Positions 32,424-43,764 of a stretch of DNA of 64,000 nucleotides are shown one piece after another. Source of the DNA: Blastocladiella emersonii ATCC 22665 (Eukaryota; Fungi; Blastocladiomycota); NCBI GenBank assembly GCA_025594325.1, contig JANHCV010000001.1, positions 2,418,001-2,482,000 on the forward strand, read 5' to 3'. The notes below the pieces were generated by a model. The model saw only the letters and a program-made list of their open reading frames with translations. It ran no database searches and was not told the DNA's origin. Each line of letters begins with the position of its first letter. Within the stretch, counting starts at the first letter, position 1. A program made the translations under genes and the position numbers.

Positions 32424-33858
32424 TTGATTGATCCAGATAGACCTGTCTTGAACTCGACTCGGAGCCGAAAACAGGAAGGGGGCAGAGATAACGGCGTCTC
32501 GCGCGCGAGACACGCGTGACGTGCGCTGCGAGACGCGTCCTGATCCCACGACGCGTCGCGCACGTGATGGGCGGTTTCGTCTCGCAGATCGCCCGGCGCG
32601 TCGCGAGTCCGCCGTGCCGCGCCGCAGACCCGCCGCGCCGGCCATGGACTTGCCGCACTGCTGCCCCCTCTGTCAAGGGAAACCGCCGCGCTACGCCACA
32701 CGGTGCATCGCGATCGACGTGCTGCTCGCTCGCGCTGCCCGCCCTTTTCTGCGCCCCGAACAACCCTCCCGTTCCCTCGCTGGAGAACCAGCGGCTTGAC
32801 CGCTTCTCGCGATCAGTACCCGCACCATCGAGTCCTCTTCACGCTGATTGTGGCGGTGCGCTTTTAACTCTCGTAATCCCGGTGCTGGTTCGAGTGCTGA
32901 CCCGTTGGGATCGCTTGTAGTCCGCAGTCACGATACTTGTGGCCGCGCTCTCGTCGCTGCTCGGTACGGCTGATCTCGTCTCGGACCTCCACCCCCGCCC
33001 CCACTCCATCATACTCCATCCATCAGCAACAGTCGCAACCGACCTCGGGCAGTGGCGCCGATCGACGGGCAACCCCTGAGCCCTGGCTCCCTGCCCGTTC
33101 CCTCCCTTGATCTGCTCGGGTGGGCTGGGTCTCGCTCGACGATCATCCTCCGCACGCTCTCTCTTAATCCACACCTGTCGTCGCCTTGCATCATCCTCGT
33201 CCCCCTCGCTCGCTCGCCGCTGGGAGATCGCCCCCGTGACTGCGGGCTCCATGGTTCGAGCGGGGCGTGTCTCCAACCCGGATCTGGGAGACGGCGTGAC
33301 CGTGGCCGTGACCCCCCGCCGAGCCTTCCCTCCGTGCCCCGCCCGCTGGCTGCTGCGCCGCACGCGGCGATCCGCCGAGCCGGCCGGCTGCACGCACGCG
33401 TCGTGCGACGCGTCCCGTCTCGCTCTCTCCTCGCCGCCTCCGTCCCTCTTTCCCCTGCCTGGATCTCGAAACTATAGATCTCGCCTTCCATCATCATCGG
33501 CTGACCCCGAACCGCGCGTTCGCCCTCTCTACACTCCATGCACTTGATCCGCTAGTTGCGCGCGCGCCGATCCTCGACACGCGCCGCTCACACATCATCG
33601 CGATCCGCCGCCACTCGCAGCTGGTGCGCGTGATCCGTTGCTGATCTCGTAGCGCCATGGGCTCACGGCGTCTCTTGCTAGGTCTGCAGTCGTACACGGT
33701 CGCTAGTACAGCCGTCGATCCGTGACGCCCTCGTCCGCATCGATCCTTCCTCGGTACGCTCGCCCATCACCACAGCAGCGACTGCATCGCTCATTCGGCC
33801 TTCTTCGCGCGTGTGTAGCTAGAGTTTGCGCTACTCCATTACGATCATCCTCGCGACC

Positions 33859-36800
33859 ATGGACCATCCATCACTATCATCCAGCACAGCCGACGTCGCC
33901 GCGGCCGCGCCGCCATCCTCGGCCTCCGCCGACTCGTGGCAGCAACCACTACGCTCCTCGGCATCTCCGTCCACCTCGTCCGCCTCGCAGTACCAGCCGT
34001 CGGCCGTGGACTCGCTCTCGTCCGAGTCCAGCGCGCCGTTGCCGGTCGCGTCCTTCCCCGCGTCCTCGGCCGACGCGACCGGGGTGGCGCAGCAGGAGCA
34101 CTCGTCCACCGATCGGGGGACTCCGCCACCCGCGCCACCCCACCCGATGTCGGCCGCCGAGAGCGCGCCAGTGACGCCCCTCGCGCCCGCGGTGCCCGAC
34201 CCGACGACGCTCCTGTCCAAGAGCGTGTACGAGCGCGCGCAAGCGCACATCCGCACCTTCCGCCACTTCACGGCCACCGCGGCGGCGGCAGCGGCGGCCG
34301 CAGCCGCGGCCAACGGGTCCTCCCAGGACGGGTCCGACGGCGCGCAGCAGCAGCCCGACGACGCGTCGCCCGCGTTCATGAGCGCGCCCGCCTTCAACCC
34401 GCACCACCAGCAGCTGTACAACGCCGCCGTCGCGTCGGCCGCCGCGCACGGGTTCCAGTTCCCGATGCAGCCGCAGCAGCCCGGACCCGCAGCCGCAGCC
34501 GGCGCGGCCGGCAGCAACTTCCTCGCCCTGTACCCCGGCATGCCCCTCGCGCCTCCCGGCCAGAACCCGTTCACGGCAGCGGCGGCAGCGCTCGGGCCCG
34601 GCCGCCCACCCGGGTTCGTCCCCGCTGGCACCATGCAGCCGACGGCGCTCGCGTTCCACCACCACCCGATGCACGCGGCGGCGGGCGCCGGCGGTGGGGG
34701 ACCGGCGGGCGGCCACCTGCTCCCCGGCACGCTGTCGATGTACCTCAACTCAGCGGCGGCGGCGGCCGGCGCGCCGCGCGCCCCGCTCAGCCAGTACTCG
34801 GCCGCGCCCGGGTCGCTGTTCGGCGTCGCGCCTGGCGCGAGCGGCACGACTCCGCCCGCCGGTGCCAGTTCATCAACATCCGCGCCAGGGCAAGCGCCGC
34901 GCACGCCGTCCTCGTCCGCGTCGGCCTCGGCCTCGAGCAACAGCAACAGCAACGTGCGGCGATACGTGTGCCCGGTCTGCGCGAAATCCTTCTCGCGCCC
35001 GTCGTCGCTGCAGACGCACCAGTACACGCACACGGGCGAGAAACCCTTCGCGTGCCCGCACGCCGACTGCCGGAAGCGCTTCTCGGTGCTGTCGAACCTG
35101 CGCCGCCACATGAAGATCCACGAGAAGGCGGCCGCCGCCAACCTCGCGGCGGGGGTGCCCGGCGCGAGTACCGCGGATCTCGCGGCGGTCGCCGCCGCGA
35201 TGGCCGCTATGGAGGCCGCGGCGGCCGCGGCGGCGGGGCACGCGACCAGTAGCCAGGCGGGCGACGACGAGGACGATGAGGGGACCGAGGGCGAGGAGGA
35301 GAACGAGCCCGCCGCCGCGGAGGGCGCCGCAGCGTCGAGTGCACCGGCGCAGGCGCTCGACGGACCCAGCTCCGACGCGGCGCAGCAGCACGAGCCCGAA
35401 CCCATGCAGATCGCCAGCCCCGTCCAGGTCGCCAGCCCGCTGCTCGGTGCGCGGCACTCGCCCGCAGTCGATGACGACGACAACGACACGCCGCCGCCAC
35501 CCGAGCCGGCAGGGCGTAAGGCCAAGGCCAAGGCCAAGGCCGGCGGCGGTAAGAAGACCGCGTCGTCGACGGCCGCGACCACGACGCCCAAGGGCAAGGG
35601 GAAGGCCAAGGCCAAGGGCAAGAAGCCCGCGCCTGCACCCGAACCCGCTGCCGCTGACGACGACGGCTCGAGCTCCAGTCCATCGCCGTCGGCCGACAAC
35701 GACGACGACTCGGTCCTCCGCACCCCGACCACCACCGCGCCCGCCGCCTCCGCGTCGGTCAAGCGCAGCGCGTCCAAGGCGGCCCTCGGCGCGTCGGGCT
35801 CGTCGGCGCCCGCCGCCAAGCGCGCCAAGTCGACCTCCGCCGCCACGGACGCCGCCGCGAAACCCCCGTCGCCGACCGCGGGCAAGTCCAAGTCCAAGGC
35901 CAAGCCGAAACGCACGAGCGGTCGCACCATGTCGGCGGCCACGCGCGCGAGCGTCCAGTCCGACTCGGCCGTCGATCTCCTCGCTACGGCCGCGGCGACC
36001 ATGGTCGCGGCAGCGGTGGTGAGTGATGAAGACGGCATGGATGTCGACGAGGAGGCGGGCGAGGTGGAAGTCGAGATGGAGGAGGGCGAGATTGCCGAAA
36101 CGCCGGCCGCCGCGGTCGCCGTGGTCGCGTCGCCTGCCCGCGCGAGTCGCGCCGGCCGGTCTCGAAAGGCCGTCACGGCGGTCAAGACGGTCAAGACCAC
36201 GGGCAAGGCGAGTACCGCCGCCAAGTCCAAGACCGCCGCTGCTGCCGCGAGACCGTCGACGCCCGTCCCGAAATCCGCGCCCAAGCCCGCGCGCAAGTCG
36301 GCGCCCGCTAAGAAAAAGCCCGAGCCCGCACGCACCGCGCCCGCCGACGCCATGGACGTGGACACGGCCGCCAGCGACGGGTCCGAGTCCGACTCCGAGT
36401 TGGAGACGGACCGCGCGTCGGTCGCGTCGGCGCCGCCCCTCGTATCGTCCTCTCGCTCCAAGAAGAAGGGCGCGGCCAAGGGCAACGCCAAGGGCAAGCC
36501 CGCCGCGCCGTCGACCGCCGCCAGCGACATGGACGAGCCGGCGGCGACGGACACGCCGCGTCGCGAACGGCGCAGCGCCGCGCTCGCGGCCGTCGCGGCG
36601 ATCGTGCGGCCCGCTACCACCACCGCATCGTCGGCGCGCGGGAGCAAGAAGAAGAAGGCCGTGGCGCTGCCCGTTGTCGGCGTCACGGTGGGTCCCGGCC
36701 CGCCGCCGCCCGTGGTGCCTGCGCCCGCGCCCGCGCCGGCGGGCGGGAAGAAGGGTAAGACTGCCGCGGCCGCGGTGGTGGTGCCGGACGCGTCGACGAT

Positions 36801-38223
36801 CGCCGTGGTCAAGACGGGCAAGGTCGCGAAGAAGAAGGGTAAGGCCAAGGCGAAGAGCCGAGCCAAGGGGAAGGCGAAGGGCGGCAAGGGCAAGGCGGCC
36901 GCCGCCGCCGCTGCAGCAGTAGCCTCCGAGCCCGAGCCCGAGCCCGAACCAGCCGAGCCAGCGGCCGCGAGCACCGACGTCGAGTCGGACCAGGAGGGCG
37001 AGGAGGCTGCCGCAGCGAGCGACCGCGAGGACGACGACACGGCCGCCACGGACCCGGCACCCGCGGCAATGCCCGCGCAACCCGTCCTTCACCCGTCCGT
37101 GTGCGCGACGCCGCTCATCAGCGGGTGCGCGCGGATCCCCGTCGAGGCCGAGGCGGTCGAGGCGGCGCTCGACGAGGTGGCTGCCGAGGCGGCGATGGCG
37201 GACATGGTCGATCTCGGCGACGCTGACGACGAGGACGAGGAGGAGATGGGCGATGAAGCGGACGAGGAACCGGTCGGGTTCTCCGGCAACAACGACGCCA
37301 TGGACGTGGACCAGCTGCTCATGCAGGCGGCGGTCGCGGCGGCCGCGAGCGCAGCGCAGACCCCGCTCGTGGCGTCGCTCGGCGGTCCCGGCGGCAGTAG
37401 CGATCCGCGGCTCGGTGCGGGCGACGCGGCCTCGTCGTCGCTGTTCGACCTGCTCCTCCAAGCGGCCGCGGCCGCCGCCTCGTCGCGGTCGGTCCCGCCG
37501 AGCTGCGTCGTGTCGGTGGCCAACAGCCCAGCGATGCGGCACCACTTCCACCACCGCGCCATGTCCGCGGCGGCTGCCGCCGCATCGGGATCTCGTGCGG
37601 CGTCGGTCCCGACCACGGCGGGCGTATCCCCCGCGCTCCTGGTTCTCGAGCAGCACGGGCTGGCGGCGCTCAGCGGCGCCGCGTGCGGGTTCCTCCCGCC
37701 CGTTCCCGCGCTGCCGTCGTCGACGCGCGCGGCGGCGGCGGCGGCGGCGGGCCGAGGCGAGGACGAGGACGTCTGGCAGCCCCTGTCGCCGCTCATGACG
37801 ATGGGCGGGCTCGGGCTCAGTCTCGCGCAGTCGCCGCAGGGTGGTGGCGGGTTCGCGGCGGTGGGTACGGCGGCGGCAGCGGCGGCGCAGCGGGCACGGC
37901 CGCCAGCGGTATCGGCGACGGCGCGCGGTGACCTCGAGTCGGCGAGTGTGTCCGGCGACAAGAAGTCGGTGGCCACGCGATCCGTCGTCAAGGCGCGGTC
38001 CGAGACCCGCGGCGCGGACGCGTCGAGCGTGGCGGCGACGGCGGCCAAGGAGGTCGCCAAGAGCGAGGACGCGCTGACGTCCACACCTGCGGCAGCAGCG
38101 ACCACCGAGGCCGAAGCCGACGCGGAGAGCGAGAGCGAGGCCGAGACGCCGCCGCCGCCGTCGCCGCCACCAAGACGAACGACGCGGTCGGCGGCGCGGG
38201 CGGCCGGGCTGACGCTCACCTAG
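33859..38223 (+). CDS. C2H2 zinc-finger transcription factor with a FlbC-type finger pair, 1454 aa, intronless
   Basis: The finger pair [53 protein letters not shown] lies at about 34963-35112. The rest is Ala/Lys/Ser/acidic low-complexity sequence. Confidence 0.85.
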   Translation: MDHPSLSSSTADVAAAAPPSSASADSWQQPLRSSASPSTSSASQYQPSAVDSLSSESSAPLPVASFPASSADATGVAQQEHSSTDRGTPPPAPPHPMSAAESAPVTPLAPAVPDPTTLLSKSVYERAQAHIRTFRHFTATAAAAAAAAAAANGSSQDGSDGAQQQPDDASPAFMSAPAFNPHHQQLYNAAVASAAAHGFQFPMQPQQPGPAAAAGAAGSNFLALYPGMPLAPPGQNPFTAAAAALGPGRPPGFVPAGTMQPTALAFHHHPMHAAAGAGGGGPAGGHLLPGTLSMYLNSAAAAAGAPRAPLSQYSAAPGSLFGVAPGASGTTPPAGASSSTSAPGQAPRTPSSSASASASSNSNSNVRRYVCPVCAKSFSRPSSLQTHQYTHTGEKPFACPHADCRKRFSVLSNLRRHMKIHEKAAAANLAAGVPGASTADLAAVAAAMAAMEAAAAAAAGHATSSQAGDDEDDEGTEGEEENEPAAAEGAAASSAPAQALDGPSSDAAQQHEPEPMQIASPVQVASPLLGARHSPAVDDDDNDTPPPPEPAGRKAKAKAKAGGGKKTASSTAATTTPKGKGKAKAKGKKPAPAPEPAAADDDGSSSSPSPSADNDDDSVLRTPTTTAPAASASVKRSASKAALGASGSSAPAAKRAKSTSAATDAAAKPPSPTAGKSKSKAKPKRTSGRTMSAATRASVQSDSAVDLLATAAATMVAAAVVSDEDGMDVDEEAGEVEVEMEEGEIAETPAAAVAVVASPARASRAGRSRKAVTAVKTVKTTGKASTAAKSKTAAAAARPSTPVPKSAPKPARKSAPAKKKPEPARTAPADAMDVDTAASDGSESDSELETDRASVASAPPLVSSSRSKKKGAAKGNAKGKPAAPSTAASDMDEPAATDTPRRERRSAALAAVAAIVRPATTTASSARGSKKKKAVALPVVGVTVGPGPPPPVVPAPAPAPAGGKKGKTAAAAVVVPDASTIAVVKTGKVAKKKGKAKAKSRAKGKAKGGKGKAAAAAAAAVASEPEPEPEPAEPAAASTDVESDQEGEEAAAASDREDDDTAATDPAPAAMPAQPVLHPSVCATPLISGCARIPVEAEAVEAALDEVAAEAAMADMVDLGDADDEDEEEMGDEADEEPVGFSGNNDAMDVDQLLMQAAVAAAASAAQTPLVASLGGPGGSSDPRLGAGDAASSSLFDLLLQAAAAAASSRSVPPSCVVSVANSPAMRHHFHHRAMSAAAAAASGSRAASVPTTAGVSPALLVLEQHGLAALSGAACGFLPPVPALPSSTRAAAAAAAGRGEDEDVWQPLSPLMTMGGLGLSLAQSPQGGGGFAAVGTAAAAAAQRARPPAVSATARGDLESASVSGDKKSVATRSVVKARSETRGADASSVAATAAKEVAKSEDALTSTPAAAATTEAEADAESESEAETPPPPSPPPRRTTRSAARAAGLTLT

Positions 38224-38906
38224 CTAGACTGACACGGACCGATTCGATCCACCCATCATCCCCACGATATACCATTCCATTCATTCCTTGCCCGAAGGAC
38301 TCGACTCGACTCCACGTCAGCGTTGACGCGACGCGCTACGCGTCCGAGCGACGTGGCGCAACGCGTTGGCGTGCGCAGCACCCGTGGCCGCGCACCCGCA
38401 CCCGCGACGGCAACCGCAACGGTGCGGATGTCGGGTGGCTCGTGCCGCGTTCCCACGCATGAATGAGCTTGCCCACCGTGGCCCACGGCGAGCGGCGAGG
38501 AGCGAGCGACCCGCGCCCGCCCGCGTGTCCTGCCGGCTGCTCGGAGGAGAGAACCGGGAGCGCGCGCGAGCGAGCGTCAAGGTGAGGCGCGGCGCGGTGC
38601 GCTGTGGACTCGCGTCCCACGGCCGGCCACGGCACGATGGAGCGATCCGCTCGGGCGTCTGATTTTTCGTCGCGTGCGCGCACTGAGGAGCGTTGGCGAA
38701 GACGGCCAAGCTCAAGGAGCGGGGCATCTCTCAGCTGTGAAGTGACGGCGGCCGCTGACCCGAGCGACCGCGCCTCGCCGCCGCCGCCGCTCGCTCTCCT
38801 CTCTCCCCCTCCTCTGCTCCTCCTCCCGAAGTTTTTCTTCATACTCGCCCAGGCGATCCCAGACGACATCAACTCTCGCTGCGACTTGCTGCAACCACCT
38901 GCCCGC

Positions 38907-38948
38907 CGCACCTGTCTGCCTGCCGCCCGCACCTGTCTGCCTGCCGCC
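38907..38948 (+). repeat. Perfect 21-bp tandem duplication (CGCACCTGTCTGCCTGCCGCC x2) upstream of the second zinc-finger gene
   Basis: Identical units lie at 38907-38927 and 38928-38948. Confidence 0.9.
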
Positions 38949-39286
38949 CGCCCAGCCCACACTGAACTCGTCGGCGCCGCCTCTGCCCCTTAGCTTCCGC
39001 ACTCGCACTCCGGCTGTCATCATCGCACGCCGAGGGCTGCACCAGCGAATCGCTCTTCGTGGTCATCTCCGCTGGCTTGCGCCGTATCCGTGCGCATCGC
39101 CGTCGAAGCTCAGCAGCAGTGCGGAGCGCCACTCCCCCTCGAGTCAGAGCTGCTCGCCCGCCTCCTCCCTCTTCTCTCTCCCGCTCCCCCGCAACAGTAT
39201 CACCTTGTACCGCGCCTGCCTGCCTGCGTGCTGCTGCCCTAGACCTACCTCTCCCTCCGAGCTAGCGCACCACCACCAGCACCACC

Positions 39287-40804
39287 ATGTCGTCCTCGCT
39301 CCACAGCCTCCTGCAGCAGCAGCTCGCCCAGGCCGCGGCCGACGGCGCCGTCCCGAGCGTCGTGGCTTCGGCCTCGGCCTCGGCCTCGGGCATGGCGACG
39401 CCGCCCGCGAGCGCCGGTGCGAGCCCCATGGCCATCCCGGGCTCGACGCCCGCCTCGCGCCCGCAGCCCATCCCCATCCTCCGCGCCGACGTGAGTGCGG
39501 CGCCCTCGTCGCCGTCACTCCTCGGCTCGTCGCTGTCGCAGCAGCTGCAGCAGCCCATCGGCACCCCGCTGTCACCCATGGTCGCAGCCGGCATCGTGGC
39601 CCCGCACGGCACCCCTGTCGCCGGCAACGGGTTCCTGCCCGGCACCACGCCGCCGCACTCGCCGAGCCTGCTCAACCCTAATGCGTCGTCGACTGCGAAC
39701 GTCGGGTCGTACCAGTACTACCAGGCGCCGCACCTGTACGCGCAGGCCGCCGCGCGCGCCACGCACTTTGACCCGTACCCGTCGGCGCCCGCGCCCACGC
39801 CGGCCTCGAGCTACGTGGCCGACGCGGCGGGCCCGCTCTCCGCGGAGTCGCTGCTGTCGTCGTCGGCGCAGCAGCGCCAGCTCGACTTCAACACCAACCC
39901 CTTCCCCTCGTCGGTCCCCTCCACCCCGACCACCCCGACCTCGGCCAACTACTTCCCGCCCCCGCCGCCCTCCAACTCGCTCGTCACCCCGGCACCCTGG
40001 CCCGCCGCCGCCTCGGGGGTCGCTGTCGGGTCCCTGACCGCCTCGCTCGACCAGCTGTCGACGGCCAACCCGGCCTCCTCGGGCACGTCCGCAGCGGCGC
40101 CGTCGACCTCGGCCGCCCTCGGCACCTCGCCGCGCTCCACGCTCATGGTCCCGACCGCCGCCACCTCGGCCCGCCCACGCCGCCGCTCCAGCCTGTCCAT
40201 TGTCAGCACGCCCTTCTCGGCCGGCGGCACCCTCGGCACCTCGTCGCTGTCGTCGGCGCTCGGCTCCGAGTCGGTTGGCTCGAGCCTCGCCCCGGCCGCC
40301 GAGGAGCGCGACGACGAGGTGATGATGATGGACGTGGACATGGCCGACCCCGACTCGGCCGCCGTGGCCGCGGCCGCGGCGCTGCTCGGCGTCAAGGGCG
40401 CGGCGCTCGCCAACAACGGGCGTCCACGCTCGCGCTCCGGTCTCGCGCCCGCCGCCGTGTCCTCGTCCTCGGCCAAGACGTTCCTGTGCGACGAGTGCGG
40501 CAAGATGTTCTCCAACTCGGCGCTGCTGTCGACGCACCGCCGCGACCACGCCCAGTACTGGCGCGACTCCAACAAGCTGCAGCTGCCGTCGCACCAGCAG
40601 GTGCAGCTCGTCGAGGCCGCCAAGGGCCTTGGTGGGGTTGCCGCGGCCGAACCCGCCATCGTCAACGTCAAGGCGCCGCACCGGCCCGCCGACCACGGGT
40701 CCGGCACCACCACCTCGTCCGAGTCGACGCTCCCCAGCTCGCCCGCCGCCGACGACGATATCATGTTCCCCATGCACGACGACCTGCCGAGCGCCGTCGC
40801 GTAA
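39287..40804 (+). CDS. Low-complexity protein with a single C2H2 zinc finger, 505 aa
   Basis: It contains FLCDECGKMFSNSALLSTHRRDH. The ORF is intronless with ATG in a CACCATG context. Confidence 0.75.
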   Translation: MSSSLHSLLQQQLAQAAADGAVPSVVASASASASGMATPPASAGASPMAIPGSTPASRPQPIPILRADVSAAPSSPSLLGSSLSQQLQQPIGTPLSPMVAAGIVAPHGTPVAGNGFLPGTTPPHSPSLLNPNASSTANVGSYQYYQAPHLYAQAAARATHFDPYPSAPAPTPASSYVADAAGPLSAESLLSSSAQQRQLDFNTNPFPSSVPSTPTTPTSANYFPPPPPSNSLVTPAPWPAAASGVAVGSLTASLDQLSTANPASSGTSAAAPSTSAALGTSPRSTLMVPTAATSARPRRRSSLSIVSTPFSAGGTLGTSSLSSALGSESVGSSLAPAAEERDDEVMMMDVDMADPDSAAVAAAAALLGVKGAALANNGRPRSRSGLAPAAVSSSSAKTFLCDECGKMFSNSALLSTHRRDHAQYWRDSNKLQLPSHQQVQLVEAAKGLGGVAAAEPAIVNVKAPHRPADHGSGTTTSSESTLPSSPAADDDIMFPMHDDLPSAVA

Positions 40805-40886
40805 GTTTCTGAGAGAGAGTTTTGTTTTCCGGTTTTGTTCCGCATCTATCATCCAAGCATCAGTATATTGTGTCTCACCTATCCTA

Positions 40887-41982
40887 CTACTCGCTGTCGC
40901 TCGCGTACGAGACGAGCAGCGCGCGGCTCGCCGTCGCCTGCGCCGGCCGCGCCACCACCGCGGGGGCGGGTGTGGGCGCGGAGTCGACGCGCGGCTTCTT
41001 GTTGACGCGGATCCCGAGCGACGCCCACTCGTTGGTCCGCTTCGTCGCGGGCGCTGCCGTCGTCGTCGTTGTCGAGGGTGGTGGTGCGGGGCGTCGCGGC
41101 GCGGTGACGACCTCCTCGACATCCTCGTCCTCCTCGTCGCGCGACACGACGGGGCCCTGGACCTTGCTGCTGCTGCTGGCGCGCGGTGGTGGCGCCGGGC
41201 CCTCCTCGTCGTCGTCCTCGCCGTCAACGAGCGCGCCGCGGAGCGCCGCCATCGCATCCGCGCTCCCGGAATCAGCAGCGGCCGCAAACGCCTCGCGCGC
41301 GAGCCGCTCGAGCTCGGCTTCCTTGTCATCTTCCGCGGCGACCTCCTCGCCGCGCGCCGCGGCATCGAACCGGTCCCACGCGGCGAGGACCTGGTCGACA
41401 TCGACCGACTCGATCCGCGCGTTCCGCGCGCGCATCTCGTCGAGGGCGTCGAGGATATCCATTTCGCGGCGCGAGTCGTCGGTGCGGTTCTCGAGAGCGC
41501 GGAGCGGGTCGAGCGACTCGCCGGCCTCGCGGTCGGCGGCGAGGACCGCGTCGGCGGCGTCCTGGTCGCGGCGGCCGTCGTAGTTGCGCGTGGCGCCGCG
41601 TTCCGCGACGTAGTCGGTGTTGGCGGGGTCCGTCTTGAAGGTGATTTCGGCGTGGCACGACGGGCACCGGATGTAGAAGCGGAAGATTTTGAGCGAGAGA
41701 TAGGTTTCGCCCGCGACCGTCTCCTTGTTCGCGTTGAACTTCTTGCCCTTGTAGATGTACTCGCGGCACGTGTTGCACTGCATCGAGAAGGGCGCCATCA
41801 GGCGCACCTTGAACCGCTTGTCACGCACATTCGTCGGCTTCTTGCTCCGCGGGATCTTGGACGGGTCTGAAGGGTGGTGGTGGGGGTGGTTAGCCGGAGG
41901 AGGCTCGCGTGTGGGAGCGTGGGAGGTTGAACGCACCAAAGTTGGGCGGGTAGTACTTGTTGATGACCTTGCGTTCCGACAT
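40887..41982 (-). CDS. YJU2: Splicing factor YJU2/CCDC94 (CWC16 family)
   Basis: The sequence MSERKVINKYYPPNF is followed by intron 41936-41867 and then DPSKIPR...VRLMAPFSMQCNTCREYIYKGKKFNA...FRFYIRCPSCHAEITFKTDP. Confidence 0.93.
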
Positions 41983-42873
41983 GGTGGAGGGCGGGTGCGA
42001 TGCAGCAAGTTATCGGGGGTAAATGGCAAGAATCAGCGCGCGCGTTGCATGGAGGGTCGAGGTCGGCGGGAGCGCAAGTCGGCTGCCGCGGCCGCCGTCG
42101 CTTTCTTCGGCCGCTTCTCGTGTCCAAGTCACTGCCGCTCTGCTCCCGCTCCACTGCCATGGATCTCCGAGCGTGTCAGGCGCCTGTTGAGTTCGAAGGA
42201 GGTACAGTAGCCGCAACTAGAACGAACCGCGCAGTTTTCCTCGACAACCGAGAGCCCAGACCCGGCTCGGAGCCTCGCGAGGCTGCGGCTCGGAGAGGGA
42301 CGAGCGCGAGCTCGCTTCTTCTCGCAATGGACTGGCCGTGTCAGGGACGTCCGGGCGTGCTATGAGGCCTACGAACCTGCTGTGACGGAGTTACGAGGCA
42401 GTTGATATCTCGAGCGACTCCGGTCGGCAAGGAACCGCAGCGATAGCAACGGCGCAACTCGAAGCGCGGCTGTCGCGCTTCTCGGACACATATGATGTGT
42501 ACGTGGGCACAACAAGGTGCGGTCTGCCATAGACATGATCGTTTGATTCGTGGCCCACGTCGAAGCCTGCGCTAGATCGTCCTGAAAGCTGCATCGCGTC
42601 GACCGAAGCCGAATCATGTCCGTGAGGGGACCCTGCTTCGTCCGAGCGTGGTATTCCACGCAGACACGCAACATCTGGTGTACTCGCGACTCGACATGCC
42701 GGCTGCGGGGGTGGGATCTGCAGCGCGGAGGAGGGATGGCGGCGACGCGTCGCGAAATCACGTTTCGGTCTCGGCCGTGCCGCGAGACAGTCGCCGCCGC
42801 CTGCGCCGCCGCTCTCCGCCTTGCCGAGGCAACGTAAGCGCCGCGACGCCCGACTCCATGCAACTAGAGTAAA

Positions 42874-43736
42874 ATGGAACAGAAAACGAAGAAGAGACAG
42901 CGGATTGAGGTGGAACCGACGCTGGGTGATGATGGCGGCCGAGGTGCCGCGCCGAACAGCGCTGGTCCGACTGCATCCGAGCCCGTTGCAAAGAATGGGG
43001 ACAAGGAGGCCAGCGTGACGATACCGCACTTCAACATCCTCGTCGCGTGCACTGGCAGCGTGGCCTCGGTCAAGCTGCCGGTCCTCGTAGAGGCGCTGTA
43101 CGCGCAAGGTCGGCACGCTGCTTCTCTCACCAATACCCTCACTTCTCCTCCTCACACCGCCCACATTCACGTAGCCGCCGCATCCAACGCAACCTTTTCC
43201 ATCAAAGTGATCGCGACCGAGCCCGCGCTGCACTTCTTCGACCCGGCGCACCCCGCGCTGGCGTCGCGTGCGATCCCAGTCCTGCGCGACGCCGACGAGT
43301 ACGCGGCGTGGCAGAAGATGGGCGACGAGGTGCTGCACATTGCGCTGCGCAACTGGGCTGACGCGCTGGTCGTGGCCCCGCTGTCGGCCAACTCGCTCGC
43401 CAAGGCGGCCAACGGCATGTGCGACAACTTGCTGGTACGGGTGGCTCACTCGCCTTCCCGCACTCGCCGTGGCTCACCTCCCGCGCGTGCGTCTAGACGT
43501 GCGTTCTGCGCGCATGGCACCTCGCCACGAAACCCGTGTGGGTGGCGCCGGCCATGAACACGGCCATGTGGGAGCACCCGGCGACGGCGGACCACCTCGC
43601 GACGCTACAGCGGTGGGGGTACCGCGTCATCGACCCGATCAGCAAGAAGCTCGCGTGCGGCGATATCGGGACCGGCGCCATGGCCGAGCCCGCGACGATT
43701 GCTGCGACCGTGCTCCACGGGTTGCTGCTGGATTGA
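42874..43736 (+). CDS. PPCDC: Phosphopantothenoylcysteine decarboxylase (HAL3/CAB3 flavoprotein family)
   Basis: Motifs are NILVACTGSVAS.KLP, VLHIALRNWAD (active-site His), APLSANSLAK.ANGMCDNLL, PAMNTAMW and KKLACGDIGTGAM (active-site Cys). Introns are 43109-43174 and 43435-43496. Confidence 0.92.
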
Positions 43737-43764
43737 CAATTGTGGCTACATTTGTACACTACAC

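Noticed and set aside
33831-37049. Very long antisense or alternate-frame ORFs (also 25460-27016, 12805-14505, 52025-53923 and the in-frame upstream extension 59966-60844 of RPC5)
   Set aside because: These are shadow ORFs expected from strong GC3 bias opposite real genes, with no motifs. The RPC5 extension overlaps IMP3 on the other strand.
42492-42585. Possible box C/D snoRNA (ATGATG ... CTGA) in the YJU2-PPCDC gap
   Set aside because: Box C is imperfect, there is no terminal stem, and no rRNA guide was recognised.
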